The position numbers were made by a program, and so were the translations under genes. A stretch of DNA of 64,000 nt from positions 1 to 64,000 of the forward strand of contig DAHVLZ010000019.1 of NCBI GenBank assembly GCA_027320085.1, read 5' to 3'. Each line of letters starts with the position of its first letter. The stretch's first letter is position 1. The stretch is from Pseudomonadota bacterium (lineage in GTDB: Bacteria > Pseudomonadota > Gammaproteobacteria > JAKAQQ01). This document shows positions 9,995-20,565 of this stretch, one piece after another. The notes below the pieces were generated by a model that saw nothing but the letters and a program-made list of their open reading frames with translations, did no database searches and was not told the origin of the DNA.

Positions 9995-12900
9995 ATGAAG
10001 GTTCAGGAGTTCCAGGCACTGACCCGAACCCGGATCCTGGTGCTCGATGGCGCCATGGGAACCGAAATCCAGCGTTTGGGGCTTTCGGAATCCGATTTCC
10101 GGGGGGCACGTTTCGCCGAGCACCCGCGTGATCTCAAGGGCAACAATGATTTGCTCAACCTGTCTTGTCCGGAACGGATCGCACGGATCCACGATGCCTA
10201 TCTGGAAGCCGGTTCGGACTTGATCGAAACCAACACCTTCAATGCCACCGCCATCGCCCAGGCCGATTATGGAACTCAGGATCTCGTCTATGAACTGAAC
10301 CGGGAGGGGGCCCGATTGGCCCGTGCGGCGGCTGCGACTTGGAGCGAGCGGACACCGGATCGCCCCCGGTATGTGGTCGGTATCTTGGGCCCGACCAACC
10401 GGATGGCCTCCATGTCTGCGGAGGTGGGTGACCCCGGGGCACGGGCCGTTGAGTTCGACGAACTCGTCCATGCCTACGAGGAGGCGGCGCGAGGCCTCAT
10501 GGACGGCGGGGCCGACTGCCTCATGGTCGAAACGATTTTCGATACCCTGAACGCCAAGGCGGCTCTTTTTGCCCTGGAGGGCCTCTTCGCCTCACGAGGC
10601 GAGGCGCTGCCGGTCCTGATTTCGGCCACGATGACCGACCGTTCCGGTCGTATGCTCTCCGGTCAGACGCTCGAAGCTTTCTGGTATGCGGTGCGTCCGT
10701 TTCAGCCGGCCAGTGTCGGGCTCAACTGTGCACTCGGTCCCCGTGAGCTCCGTGCCTCGATCGCCGAGCTCGCCCGGCTGGCCGACTGTCCGGTCACTGC
10801 CCACCCCAACGCGGGGCTGCCCAATGCCTTGGGTGAGTACGAGGAGTCGCCCGAAGAGATGGTCCGGGAAATTGGTGACTGGGCACGTGCGGGATGGCTC
10901 AATATCGTTGGGGGATGCTGCGGGACGACTCCGGCCCATATCCGTGCAATTGCCCATGCCGTCCACGGGCTCAACCCACGAACGCCGGCAGCACCCGATC
11001 CGGCCCTCGGTTTGGCCGGTCTGGAACCGCTTCGCATCGGTGCGGAACACCTGTTCATCAATATTGGCGAGCGTACCAATGTCACCGGTTCTGCCCAGTT
11101 TAAGAAGCTGATCCTCGAGAAGGATTTCGAGGCGGCATTGAGCATTGCACGCGACCAAGTTGAACAGGGGGCACAGATCCTCGATATCAACCTGGATGAG
11201 GCATTGCTGGACGGACCCCGGGCCATGACGAAGTTCCTGCGCCTGCTCACGGCCGAGCCGGATATTGCCCGGGTCCCGGTCATGATCGATTCCTCCCATT
11301 GGCCGACGCTCCTGGCCGGTCTCAAGAACGTACAGGGCCGACCGGTGGTTAATTCGATCAGTTTGAAGGATGGGGAGGTGGAATTCTTGAAACGGGCCCG
11401 CCTGATCCGTCGCTTCGGGGCCGCCGCCGTCGTCATGGCCTTTGATGAGACGGGGCAGGCAGATACGCTGGAACGGCGAATCGCCATATGTGAAAGGGCC
11501 TGTCAGCTACTGCGGAAAGAGGCCGGGTTTGGCCCGCATGACATCATCGTGGACCCCAATATTTTCGCCATAGGAACCGGCATCGAGGCCCATGACCGCT
11601 ACGCCCTCGATTTCTTTGACGCCACCCGCGTTCTGAAGGAGCGTCTGCCGGGTTCGCTGATCTCGGGCGGGGTGAGTAACGTCTCCTTTTCCTTTCGTGG
11701 GAACCGGCGGGTCCGGGAGGCCATCCACGCGGTCTTTCTTTATCACGCGATCCAGGCCGGCCTGGATATGGGCATCGTGAATGCCGGTGCCCTTCCGGTG
11801 TATGAGGAGATCGACCCCGATCTCAGGGAACGGGTCGAAGACCTGGTCCTGTTTCGCCGGACCGATGCTGCCGAGCGTCTGGTGAGCTGGGTCGGCCAGC
11901 GGGACGCCCCGCCACCCGGAACGGAGAATGCCTTGGCGTGGCGGAACGAGCCGGTTGCCGAGCGTCTCCGTCACGCCCTCGTGCAAGGAATCACGACGTA
12001 CATCGAGGAGGACACGGAACTCGCCCGGCAATCTGTTGCCCGTGCGATTGAGGTGATCGAGGGACCACTCATGGAAGGAATGAATGTGGTCGGTGACCTG
12101 TTTGGCAGCGGACGCATGTTTCTGCCCCAAGTGGTCAAGGCCGCACGAGTCATGAAAAAAGCCGTGGCCTATCTCGTCCCCTACATCGAGGCGGAAAAAG
12201 CCCCCGGTGCCAAAAGCCGGGGTCGCATCCTGATGGCTACGGTCAAAGGGGATGTGCACGACATCGGCAAGAACATCGTGGGCGTCGTTTTGGCCTGTAA
12301 CAACTTCGAGGTGATCGACCTTGGGGTCATGACTCCCGCCGAGCGGATCATCGAGACGGCCCGCCGCGAATGCGTCGACCTGGTCGGCTTGTCCGGGCTG
12401 ATTACCCCTTCTCTCGAGGAGATGGGACGAGTCGCGGAGGAGATGCAACGGGCCGGGTTCGACATGCCCTTGCTGATCGGCGGGGCAACCACCTCGCGCA
12501 CTCATACGGCGTTGCGGATCGCTCCACGGTATGAGGCGCCCGTGGTTCACGTCAAGGATGCTTCCCGGGCCGTCGCGGTCACCAGCCGGCTTTTGGGGTC
12601 GGATGCGCCCGCGTTCATCGCGGAGATACGGGAGGACTATCAGCGGGTCCGGCAGGATCACGAGACCTCAGCCCGGAAAGACTCCTGGCTGACGATCCAG
12701 GCTGCACGGAAGAACCGGACGGCAATTGACTGGAATGACTATGATCCACCCCGGCCGCAAGAGGCCATCCCCCGGGTGATGGCTCCCTATCCGCTCGAGG
12801 AGCTCGTCCCCTACATCGACTGGACTCCTTTTTTCCACGTCTGGCAACTCAAGGCCAGTTATCCCCGCATACTGGACGATCCCGAGCGCGGGGATGCGGC

Positions 12901-13729
12901 ACGCCGGCTCTTCGGAGACGCCCATGAGATGCTTGCGAAAATCATCAAGGAGGGCTGGCTTGAGGCGCAGGCCATCTGGGGTCTCTATCCGGCAGTCCGG
13001 ATCGGTGACGACGACGTCCGGCTTTCCACCCCCCGTGTCGGAGGTGATCCGGTTGATTTCCATTTCCTGAGGCAGCAGGATGAGAAACCACCGGGCCGGC
13101 CCAACGCCTGCCTGGCGGATTTTGTGGCACCCGAGGCGGCTGGCCGGACGGATTGGCTCGGTCTTTTCGCGGTCACCGCGGGAGTTGGTCTGGATCGGGC
13201 GCTCGAGCGTTTTACGGCGGATCATGACGATTACGGGGCCATCCTGCTCAAGGCCTTGGCCGACCGGCTGGCCGAGGCACTGGCAGAACGGCTTCACGAG
13301 CGAGTCCGGCGTGAGTTTTGGGGTTATGCGCGGGATGAATCTCTCGGCCCGGATCGACTGGTCGACGAGGCATTCCAGGGGGTACGGCCGGCCCCGGGCT
13401 ATCCGGCCTGTCCGGACCATACCGAGAAAGCAACCCTCTTCAGGGTTCTCCAGGTCGAGGAAAGGACCGGAATCCGCCTGACAGAAAGTTTCGCCATGTG
13501 GCCTGCAGCCTCGGTCTGTGGCTATTATCTTTCACATCCCCGCTCCCGCTACTTCGCCGTGGGCCGGATCATGCCGGACCAGGTCGAGGATTATGCGCGG
13601 CGCAAGGGGTGGAGCCTCGAGGAGGCGGAACGGTGGCTCGCCCCCTCCCTGGCCTATGAGCCTCGGCACCCGGACAGGCAGGTGGAGCCGACCCCTCGAG
13701 TTGCGAAGAAAGTCCGTTCTGCGTCATAA
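9995..13729 (+). CDS. metH: Cobalamin-dependent methionine synthase
   Basis: [35 protein letters not shown]12 motif, [10 protein letters not shown]. Confidence 0.97.
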   Translation: MKVQEFQALTRTRILVLDGAMGTEIQRLGLSESDFRGARFAEHPRDLKGNNDLLNLSCPERIARIHDAYLEAGSDLIETNTFNATAIAQADYGTQDLVYELNREGARLARAAAATWSERTPDRPRYVVGILGPTNRMASMSAEVGDPGARAVEFDELVHAYEEAARGLMDGGADCLMVETIFDTLNAKAALFALEGLFASRGEALPVLISATMTDRSGRMLSGQTLEAFWYAVRPFQPASVGLNCALGPRELRASIAELARLADCPVTAHPNAGLPNALGEYEESPEEMVREIGDWARAGWLNIVGGCCGTTPAHIRAIAHAVHGLNPRTPAAPDPALGLAGLEPLRIGAEHLFINIGERTNVTGSAQFKKLILEKDFEAALSIARDQVEQGAQILDINLDEALLDGPRAMTKFLRLLTAEPDIARVPVMIDSSHWPTLLAGLKNVQGRPVVNSISLKDGEVEFLKRARLIRRFGAAAVVMAFDETGQADTLERRIAICERACQLLRKEAGFGPHDIIVDPNIFAIGTGIEAHDRYALDFFDATRVLKERLPGSLISGGVSNVSFSFRGNRRVREAIHAVFLYHAIQAGLDMGIVNAGALPVYEEIDPDLRERVEDLVLFRRTDAAERLVSWVGQRDAPPPGTENALAWRNEPVAERLRHALVQGITTYIEEDTELARQSVARAIEVIEGPLMEGMNVVGDLFGSGRMFLPQVVKAARVMKKAVAYLVPYIEAEKAPGAKSRGRILMATVKGDVHDIGKNIVGVVLACNNFEVIDLGVMTPAERIIETARRECVDLVGLSGLITPSLEEMGRVAEEMQRAGFDMPLLIGGATTSRTHTALRIAPRYEAPVVHVKDASRAVAVTSRLLGSDAPAFIAEIREDYQRVRQDHETSARKDSWLTIQAARKNRTAIDWNDYDPPRPQEAIPRVMAPYPLEELVPYIDWTPFFHVWQLKASYPRILDDPERGDAARRLFGDAHEMLAKIIKEGWLEAQAIWGLYPAVRIGDDDVRLSTPRVGGDPVDFHFLRQQDEKPPGRPNACLADFVAPEAAGRTDWLGLFAVTAGVGLDRALERFTADHDDYGAILLKALADRLAEALAERLHERVRREFWGYARDESLGPDRLVDEAFQGVRPAPGYPACPDHTEKATLFRVLQVEERTGIRLTESFAMWPAASVCGYYLSHPRSRYFAVGRIMPDQVEDYARRKGWSLEEAERWLAPSLAYEPRHPDRQVEPTPRVAKKVRSAS

Positions 13730-13767
13730 TACCGCTCTCAAACAGCATTCCCGAAGCGGAGATTCGA

Positions 13768-14055
13768 TTGGCTAATACTCGCCAAGCCAAAAAACGTGTA
13801 CGCCAGTCCGAACGGCGGCGTCTCGCCAACATGGCGAAGCGTTCAACCATCCGTACGGGAATCCGCCGGGTTCGTGAAGCTGTGGCCAAAGGTACCGTTG
13901 AGGAAGCCCAACAGGCTTTCCGGGGGGCGTCCTCCCTCCTGGACCGGGCTGTCCGAAAGGGTCTCGTCCACCGCAATCATGCGGCCCGACTCAAGTCCCG
14001 GCTCAACCGCAACGTCAAGAAGCTCGTTTCCGGCTCCGCCCGGCAGCCCGGCTGA
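13768..14055 (+). CDS. rpsT: 30S ribosomal protein S20 (TTG start)
   Basis: ANTRQAKKRVRQ...KGLVHRNHAARLKSRL; GGAG RBS. Confidence 0.96.
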   Translation: MANTRQAKKRVRQSERRRLANMAKRSTIRTGIRRVREAVAKGTVEEAQQAFRGASSLLDRAVRKGLVHRNHAARLKSRLNRNVKKLVSGSARQPG

Positions 14056-14084
14056 TCCTAATCCGTTAGCGAAGCAAAGTCCGC

Positions 14085-15140
14085 CTAGCCCGGCTTGGGC
14101 AGTGGGGGCGGGGTGTTTTCAATCGGCGCATTAAAGATAAGGCAGGCCTGGGTGACCAGTGCCTCGAGCCCTTCTCCCGCGAGCGCTGAAACCGGAAACA
14201 GGGGTCGGGGACCGCGGGGATCGATCGCAGCGAGCCGGTCACGGCGGCGGGCTACTTCGGCCGGCGAGAGAAGATCCGTTTTGTTGAGTACGAGCCAAAT
14301 GGGGCGAGAGGCCAGGTTCTGGTCATAGCGGGTGAGTTCCGCTTCGATCTCCGTGATTCGCCGCATCAGTTCGTCTGGTTCTCCTGCGCTCAAGTCCACG
14401 ACGTGAAATAACAGGCGGGTGCGGGAGAGGTGCTTGAGGAATCGGATGCCGAGCCCGCGACCCTCGGCGGCACCGGCGATTAGCCCGGGAATATCCGCCA
14501 TCAAGAATCCGGTCTCCCCCTCCCGCTGGACCCAGCCCAGTTGCGGGATGAGGGTGGTGAAGGGGTAATCCGCCACCTTGGGACGAGCTTCAGACACGGC
14601 TTGGAGCACGGAGGACTTGCCCGCATTGGGCATGCCCAGGAGCCCCACGTCCGCAAGCAGGCGGAGTTCCAAGCGGAGCTCCCGCTCCTCACCCGCCTGG
14701 CCGGGAGTGGCTTGGCGCGGGGCTTGGCGGGTTGAGGATTTGAAGTGGGTGTTGCCGAGCCCTCCGCGTCCTCCGCGGGCAACCAGCAGATGCTCGCCAT
14801 CCCGGGTGACTTCCCCCAGGTACTCACCGCTCGACTTGTCGAAGACCAGGGTACCCAGGGGAATGGGGATGTCGCAGTCCGCCCCACTGGCCCCGGTGCG
14901 GCGGCTCCCGGATCCGGGTCGCCCGCCCGGAGCCTGCCACACCCGGCGGTAACGGAAATCGACCAAGGTATTGAGCCCACGCGTTCCTGTGAGGAAAACT
15001 GACCCACCCGCTCCGCCGTTTCCACCATCCGGCCCGCCTCGGGGTACGAATTTTTCCCGGCGAAAGCTGATGCAACCGGCGCCGCCTGTGCCCGCGACGA
15101 CGCGGATCGAGGCTTCATCAACGAACTTCACGGGATGCAC
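14085..15140 (-). CDS. obgE: Obg-family GTPase
   Basis: KFVDEA, FRREKFVPRGGPDGG, GMPNAGKS, DYPFTT, DIPG, NKTD. Confidence 0.96.
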   Translation of the reverse strand: MHPVKFVDEASIRVVAGTGGAGCISFRREKFVPRGGPDGGNGGAGGSVFLTGTRGLNTLVDFRYRRVWQAPGGRPGSGSRRTGASGADCDIPIPLGTLVFDKSSGEYLGEVTRDGEHLLVARGGRGGLGNTHFKSSTRQAPRQATPGQAGEERELRLELRLLADVGLLGMPNAGKSSVLQAVSEARPKVADYPFTTLIPQLGWVQREGETGFLMADIPGLIAGAAEGRGLGIRFLKHLSRTRLLFHVVDLSAGEPDELMRRITEIEAELTRYDQNLASRPIWLVLNKTDLLSPAEVARRRDRLAAIDPRGPRPLFPVSALAGEGLEALVTQACLIFNAPIENTPPPLPKPG

Positions 15141-15199
15141 TCCGTGCGAACACCACCGAAGGCGGTGGAGGAGGTCTTCGCTGGGGTTGGGGAATGGTT

Positions 15200-15466
15200 C
15201 TAGTCGCCACTCACTGGCTGAACATGGACCACGGTTTTCCCGATCCGGTGCTTTTTCTGGAAATCGACCGTCCCGGTCACGAGTGCGAACAGGGTGTGAT
15301 CCCGACCGACACCGACGTGGGTTCCCGGCAGGATTCGGGTTCCCCGCTGGCGAACAATGATGGCACCCGCCGTGACCCGCTCACCCCCGAAATGCTTGAT
15401 GCCGAGCCGCTTGGATTGGGAGTCGCGTCCGTTCCGGCTTGAACCGCCTGCTTTCTTGTGCGCCAT
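15200..15466 (-). CDS. rpmA: 50S ribosomal protein L27
   Basis: [16 protein letters not shown]...IIVRQRGT. Confidence 0.98.
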   Translation of the reverse strand: MAHKKAGGSSRNGRDSQSKRLGIKHFGGERVTAGAIIVRQRGTRILPGTHVGVGRDHTLFALVTGTVDFQKKHRIGKTVVHVQPVSGD

Positions 15467-15478
15467 ACGATAGACTCC

Positions 15479-15796
15479 TCAGGAGATTTCGATGCTTGAG
15501 ATTTCGACTTCCGAGTAGGGCTGACGGTGGCCGGCCTTGCGGCGGGAGTTTTTCCGCCGTCTCAGCTTGACGGTGACCACCTTCTTGGACTGGCCGTGGG
15601 CGCGGATGGTCCCGCGGACCCGGCTCCCGGCCAGATACGGATGGCCGGTCTTGACCGAACCGTCATCGGTTTCCACCAGAAGGACATTCGTGAAGTCGAT
15701 GGGAGAGCCGACCTCGCCCGTCAGGGACTCCACCCGTAGGATTTGTCCCGGTTTGACCTTATACTGTTTGCCACCAGTGGCCACGACTGCAAACAT
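15479..15796 (-). CDS. rplU: 50S ribosomal protein L21
   Basis: MFAVVATGGKQYKV...GHRQPY. Confidence 0.98.
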   Translation of the reverse strand: MFAVVATGGKQYKVKPGQILRVESLTGEVGSPIDFTNVLLVETDDGSVKTGHPYLAGSRVRGTIRAHGQSKKVVTVKLRRRKNSRRKAGHRQPYSEVEISSIEIS

Positions 15797-15904
15797 GGCG
15801 CGTTTCCTAGTCCGAAAAATCTGCCTTCGAAGCGGGCAATTTTATCGCGAAGAGGGGACCTGGGTCAATACGCAGAACCGAAGACCGCATCCCCTGAGGT
15901 GATC

Positions 15905-16912
15905 ATGCCTGTTGCCACGCTGTCTACCGCCCAAGACCTCCCGCAAGAGGGTTTCGAACGAATCCGGATGCCATTGAGCGCCGATCTTGACGAGTTGGAT
16001 CGGCGGATCATCGACTGCCTGCAGTCCGATGTGCCCCTTGTCAACCGCGTCGGCTTCCACATTATCGGTGGTGGAGGCAAACGGTTCCGGCCCTTGCTGC
16101 TGATGCTGGTGGCACGCGCGTTGGGGTACCGCGGCACGGATCACATTGATCTTGCGATGGTCGTGGAGTTCATCCATACTGCGACCCTGCTTCACGATGA
16201 TGTCGTGGATCATGCCGAAACCCGTCGCGGGCGCAAGACGGCTCATCTCATCTGGGGCAATGAGGCGAGCGTGCTTGTGGGAGACTTCCTGTATTCCCGT
16301 GCCTTCCAGGTCATGGCCTCGCTGCATCGCCAGGAAATCATGGATATTCTGGCGGATGCGACCAATGTCATTGCCTCCGGGGAGGTGATGCAGCTCATGT
16401 ACTGCCGCAATCTCGAGACCACCGAAACCCACTATTTCGAGATCGTCCGCAGGAAGACCGCGACCCTGTTCGCAGCCGCCGCCGAGCTGGGAGCCGTTGC
16501 GGCCGGCCAGGACGCTGCCCGTCCCCGATGGAATCGGGTGGGGCACCATGTCGGAATGGCCTTCCAGCTGATCGACGACATGCTGGACTACAGTGCCCCG
16601 GCCGAACGGCTGGGCAAGACGGTGGGTTCTGACCTTGCGGAGGGAAAACCGACGCTTCCCCTCATCCGGGCACTGGCCGTCTCCGAGGGAGCGCGGCGGG
16701 AAGCGCTTGAGGTGGCCATCCAAAGCCGGGGCGTCTCCGAGCTGGATGCCGTTTTATCTGCCATTCGTGAAACCGACGCTCTGGAGTACACGCGGTTGCG
16801 TGCCGAGCACGAGGCGCGGAGCGCGCGCAGTGTCATTGAGTCACTGGATTCCACGGTCTACGCCCAAGCGTTGGGCCAACTCATCGATTTTTCAGTCCAG
16901 CGCGTTTTCTGA
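15905..16912 (+). CDS. ispB: Octaprenyl/polyprenyl diphosphate synthase
   Basis: GGKRFRP, LLHDDVVD, FQLIDDMLD; divergent from rplU. Confidence 0.93.
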   Translation: MPVATLSTAQDLPQEGFERIRMPLSADLDELDRRIIDCLQSDVPLVNRVGFHIIGGGGKRFRPLLLMLVARALGYRGTDHIDLAMVVEFIHTATLLHDDVVDHAETRRGRKTAHLIWGNEASVLVGDFLYSRAFQVMASLHRQEIMDILADATNVIASGEVMQLMYCRNLETTETHYFEIVRRKTATLFAAAAELGAVAAGQDAARPRWNRVGHHVGMAFQLIDDMLDYSAPAERLGKTVGSDLAEGKPTLPLIRALAVSEGARREALEVAIQSRGVSELDAVLSAIRETDALEYTRLRAEHEARSARSVIESLDSTVYAQALGQLIDFSVQRVF

Positions 16913-16962
16913 GGACCCGTAGGGACGCGGTGGTTTTTGCCGTGCTACCATGAGCACCTTTT

Positions 16963-17039
16963 CGGGGTGTAGCTCAGCCTGGTAGAGCACTACGTTCGGG
17001 ACGTAGGGGCCGGAGGTTCAAATCCTCTCACCCCGACCA
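16963..17039 (+). tRNA. tRNA-Pro(CGG)
   Basis: CGGGGTG acceptor stem, anticodon arm CTACG-TTCGGGA-CGTAG, GGTTCAAATCC, encoded CCA. Confidence 0.95.
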
Positions 17040-17063
17040 TTCCCCGGTCCCCTCCTCCCGTCA

Positions 17064-17627
17064 GTGCCAGATGCCAGAACCCCGAGACCGGAGGCGAACA
17101 TGCCATCCTGGCTGGTGCAAACACTTGAATCCCTGATCCACTTGGCCAGCCCGGTACTGCAACGCTATGGTCTGGCTGCCGTGGTCGCCATTGTTTTTAT
17201 CGAGAATCTGGGTGTGCTGGTGGCCCCCGGTGAAGCCGTGATCGTGACGGCCGGTTACCTCTCGGCCCGGGGGCTTTTCCCGATCAGTCTGGTTCTCGTA
17301 TTGGCGACGCTCGCGGCGACCCTGGGTGGTTTTGCCGCCTATGGGCTGGGGTTTCGCTACGGTTACGCCGGACTGTCCCGCTGGGGGAAATACCTCTGGA
17401 TCACACCCGCCCGGCTCGAAAAGACCCACCGCTTCCTTCAAGCGTACGGACCGCCGGTGGTCCTTTTCGGTCGTTTTGTCGTGCCCTTGCGCCAGCTCCA
17501 GGGTTATCTGGCAGGTACGGTGGCCATGGGTTTCCGGTCCTTCGCGTTCTGGAGCTTTCTCGGGGCCGTTGCGTGGGTGGGTTTTTGGGGATTTGGCACC
17601 TGGTGGCTCGCGGGCTCCATCGCCTGA
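17064..17627 (+). CDS. DedA family membrane protein (start may be 17100)
   Basis: FIENLG..APGE, GRFVVPLR, AG...M...F..WSFLGA. Confidence 0.88.
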   Translation: MPDARTPRPEANMPSWLVQTLESLIHLASPVLQRYGLAAVVAIVFIENLGVLVAPGEAVIVTAGYLSARGLFPISLVLVLATLAATLGGFAAYGLGFRYGYAGLSRWGKYLWITPARLEKTHRFLQAYGPPVVLFGRFVVPLRQLQGYLAGTVAMGFRSFAFWSFLGAVAWVGFWGFGTWWLAGSIA

Positions 17628-17686
17628 AAACCCCTCTGCCCCGTTTCGGTCTAGAGTATCCGTCGAAGGGGCTCTGGAGGAGGGGG

Positions 17687-19408
17687 ATGGGGCATCGATT
17701 CCTTCTCGGCGCATGTGCCGGGCTATTCTTGATGGTCACGAGCCAGGCGGCTCCATCTTCCACGATCGGCTATCCCGCGCCGGTGCGGGCCCGAGGCGGG
17801 ATGGTGGTCACGGCCAGCCGCTATGCCACGCAAGTCGGTATCCAGGTCTTGCGGGCCGGCGGGAATGCGGTGGATGCCGCGGTCGCGGTCGGTTATGCAT
17901 TAGCGGTAACGGATCCCTGCTGCGGCAACTTGGGCGGTGGCGGCTTTATGGTTTACCGACCGGCCCATGGCCAGCCGTGGTTCTTGGACTTCCGCGAAGT
18001 GGCTCCCCGGGCGGCGACTCCAAGTCTCTACCTCAATGCCCAAGGAGAACCGGTACCCGGGGAAAGCTTGTGGTCCTGGAAGGCCATTGGTGTTCCGGGA
18101 ACGGTAGCCGGACTCGAGGAAGCCCGTCGTCTCTGGGGTACTTGGCCCACGGCCCGCCTCTTGGCGCCGGCGATCCGGCTCGCCCGACGAGGATTCCGCC
18201 TGGGCCCGGGGCAGTATCGTGAACTGGTGGCCGATGCCCGGAGACTCCGCGATGATCCCTCCGCCCTGCGGATTTTCTTCAGGAAGGGACGACCGCTGCC
18301 AGCCGGCTCGCGCATCCGGCAACCGGCATTGGCCGCCACCTTGACCCGTATCGCCCAAGGGGGGGGCCGTGCCTTCTACCAGGGTGCGACCGCCCACGCC
18401 GTCGTTGCCGCGAGCCGGAGAAACGGAGGCATTCTTTCGCGGGCCGATTTTGCGGATTACCGGCCGGTCGTGACCCGACCGCTGACCTGCCGCTTCGCGG
18501 GGGGGCGGGTGATCACCGCCCCGCCACCGGGCGGGGGGGTAACCCTGTGCGAGATGCTCAACATCCTCTCGGCCTATCCCTTGGCCCGCGATGGATTCCA
18601 TCATGCCCGGTCGGTTCACTGGATCGCCGAGGCCATGCGCTGGGCCTATGCCGATCGCAACCGGTTCCTGGGAGATCCAGCCTTCGTTCGGATGCCGTTG
18701 CGACGCCTGTTGTCTGCCCGCTACGCACAGGGGATTCGCGACCGGATCGCACCCGTGAGGGCCACGCCGTCCTCCGAGGTCCGCCCGGGTATCCGAGTGA
18801 TCCGGGAGGGCCACGATACGACTCAGTATTCGATCGTGGACCGGGCCGGGAACGCCGTTTCCGTGACCTATACCCTGAACACATTTTTCGGCACCGGTCT
18901 CATGGCGCCAGGCACCGGGTTTTTTCTCAACAATGAAATGGATGACTTCACGACAGCACTTGGACATCCCAATGCGTACGGTCTTGTGCAAGGACGCATC
19001 AATGCCATTGCCCCAGGAAAAAGGCCGCTTTCGTCCATGACCCCCACCCTTGTGACGGTGGGACACCAAGTCGAGATCGTGACGGGCAGTCCCGGAGGAT
19101 CGACGATCACGACCACGGTACTCCAGATTCTGCTCAACCGGCTCGTCTACCATCTGGGGGCGTCGGCATCCGTCGATGCGCCCCGCATCCACATGCAGTG
19201 GCTGCCCGATGTGTTGTACTACGAGCCTGGAGCGTTAACTGCCAAGACCCGGCGTCGACTGGCCCGCTGGGGTTACCACCTGAAGCAGGGGGCGCCTTGG
19301 GGAAGCCTGCGATGGGGAGATGCCGAAACGATCTTTCGGTCACCAACGGGTCTCTGGGAGGGGGTGAACGACAGCCGTCATCCCTCGGGATTGGCCGCAG
19401 GTGATTGA
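17687..19408 (+). CDS. ggt: Gamma-glutamyltransferase with signal peptide
   Basis: GGNAVDAAVA, LGGGGF, DFRE.AP, TTQYSIVD nucleophile Thr, LNNEMDDF, PGKRPLSSM, GSPGG. Confidence 0.94.
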   Translation: MGHRFLLGACAGLFLMVTSQAAPSSTIGYPAPVRARGGMVVTASRYATQVGIQVLRAGGNAVDAAVAVGYALAVTDPCCGNLGGGGFMVYRPAHGQPWFLDFREVAPRAATPSLYLNAQGEPVPGESLWSWKAIGVPGTVAGLEEARRLWGTWPTARLLAPAIRLARRGFRLGPGQYRELVADARRLRDDPSALRIFFRKGRPLPAGSRIRQPALAATLTRIAQGGGRAFYQGATAHAVVAASRRNGGILSRADFADYRPVVTRPLTCRFAGGRVITAPPPGGGVTLCEMLNILSAYPLARDGFHHARSVHWIAEAMRWAYADRNRFLGDPAFVRMPLRRLLSARYAQGIRDRIAPVRATPSSEVRPGIRVIREGHDTTQYSIVDRAGNAVSVTYTLNTFFGTGLMAPGTGFFLNNEMDDFTTALGHPNAYGLVQGRINAIAPGKRPLSSMTPTLVTVGHQVEIVTGSPGGSTITTTVLQILLNRLVYHLGASASVDAPRIHMQWLPDVLYYEPGALTAKTRRRLARWGYHLKQGAPWGSLRWGDAETIFRSPTGLWEGVNDSRHPSGLAAGD

Positions 19409-19423
19409 GGAAGCAGACGACCT

Positions 19424-20257
19424 TCAGTGGAGATTTCGGGCCAGTTGCCGCTGATAGTCCAGCCTGTGGGCTTCATTGTCAATCAACGGGAAAGCCGACC
19501 GGATGGCGCTCTGGAGCGGTTCGCGTTGGTCGACGGACACATCTGCCAGCGCCTCGAGCCATTGTTGGACCGCCGTTTCGGCTTGTCCGGAGAGTACCTC
19601 GCGGGCGCCGATGTTCAGTCGGTGGCTGAGATCAGGCGGCATCTTGGCCAGTTCTGATTCCAATAACGACACAAAATAAAGGAGCGAGGAGACCCGGACG
19701 TGGAGTGGATCCGCGAGGGCCGCGGGAGGGAGTTCCGCCAGCTGGGCACGAGCTTTCTCGGTATCGCCGCGCAGGAGATTGACGAAGCAGAGGGCGAGGG
19801 GCAATCGCGGGTTCTGCGAGCCGTTTGCCTGAAGGGTTTCCAAAACCTGCAGGGACTCCCGGTGCGCTCCCCTCTGGGCCAGGGCAAGCGCCTCATCGAT
19901 CCGTGGGGCATCGGGATTGGGGAGGTGGGATTCGATGAGGTCGCGGATCCGGCGCTCCGGCTGGACGCCAGCGAACGCCTCCACCACCTGGCCGTCCACA
20001 AACAGCTTGACCGCCGGGATGCTCTGGATGCCGTATTCCTGCGCCAAGGCCGGAAAGACGTCGGTATCGATCTTGGCGAGGTGGACCTGGCCTTCGTAGT
20101 GCTGGATCACTTTTTCGAGAATTGGCCCCAGCATACGGCAGGGTGCACACCAGGGTGCCCAGAAATCGGCGAGTACCGGGTACTTTTTTGACGCCTCGAT
20201 CACGAACGTCTGAAAATCGTCGCCGACAATCTCATGAATCCAAGCCGATGGGGCCAT
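19424..20257 (-). CDS. Thioredoxin-TPR chaperedoxin (YbbN/CnoX-like)
   Basis: DFWAPWCAPC, YGIQSIPAVKLF, helical C-terminus. Confidence 0.85.
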   Translation of the reverse strand: MAPSAWIHEIVGDDFQTFVIEASKKYPVLADFWAPWCAPCRMLGPILEKVIQHYEGQVHLAKIDTDVFPALAQEYGIQSIPAVKLFVDGQVVEAFAGVQPERRIRDLIESHLPNPDAPRIDEALALAQRGAHRESLQVLETLQANGSQNPRLPLALCFVNLLRGDTEKARAQLAELPPAALADPLHVRVSSLLYFVSLLESELAKMPPDLSHRLNIGAREVLSGQAETAVQQWLEALADVSVDQREPLQSAIRSAFPLIDNEAHRLDYQRQLARNLH

Positions 20258-20341
20258 GAATCACCTGACCGGTTGTGGGGTGCGCTCCCTCTTATTTTAC
20301 CCTTGGACAAATCGGGCTTGAGCTTGGGCTATGGGCTGCGA

Positions 20342-20560
20342 TCACGTCACGGGCCGTTCGGGGATGGCTTCGACGCCGGGATTGCTTCGGGGTCGGAAAT
20401 CCGGTGATCTTCGAGTATAATCGCCACCGCATGGGAAACCGTGCTCCCCCAGCCGCGGATTTCGTTTCAGGGTCGAGCGTGACGTGAGTGGGAAGCAGGT
20501 TCAAGACCTGGGACCGATCTCAATCCAGGTGGTATCCCTGTGGTCAAGACCTGCCGAGGA
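20342..20560 (+). promoter_or_regulatory. Candidate structured cis-regulatory leader RNA of unknown family
   Basis: Nested perfect 10-bp and 8-bp inverted repeats, a GAAA-tetraloop hairpin and alternative CAGGT/ACCTG pairings next to the RBS (see findings). Confidence 0.55.
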
Positions 20561-20565
20561 TGTTG

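Noticed and set aside
20342-20560. Assignment of the leader to M-box (ykoK), yybP-ykoY or fluoride riboswitch families
   Set aside because: The consensus elements I know for these families are not visible; left as unknown pending cmscan.
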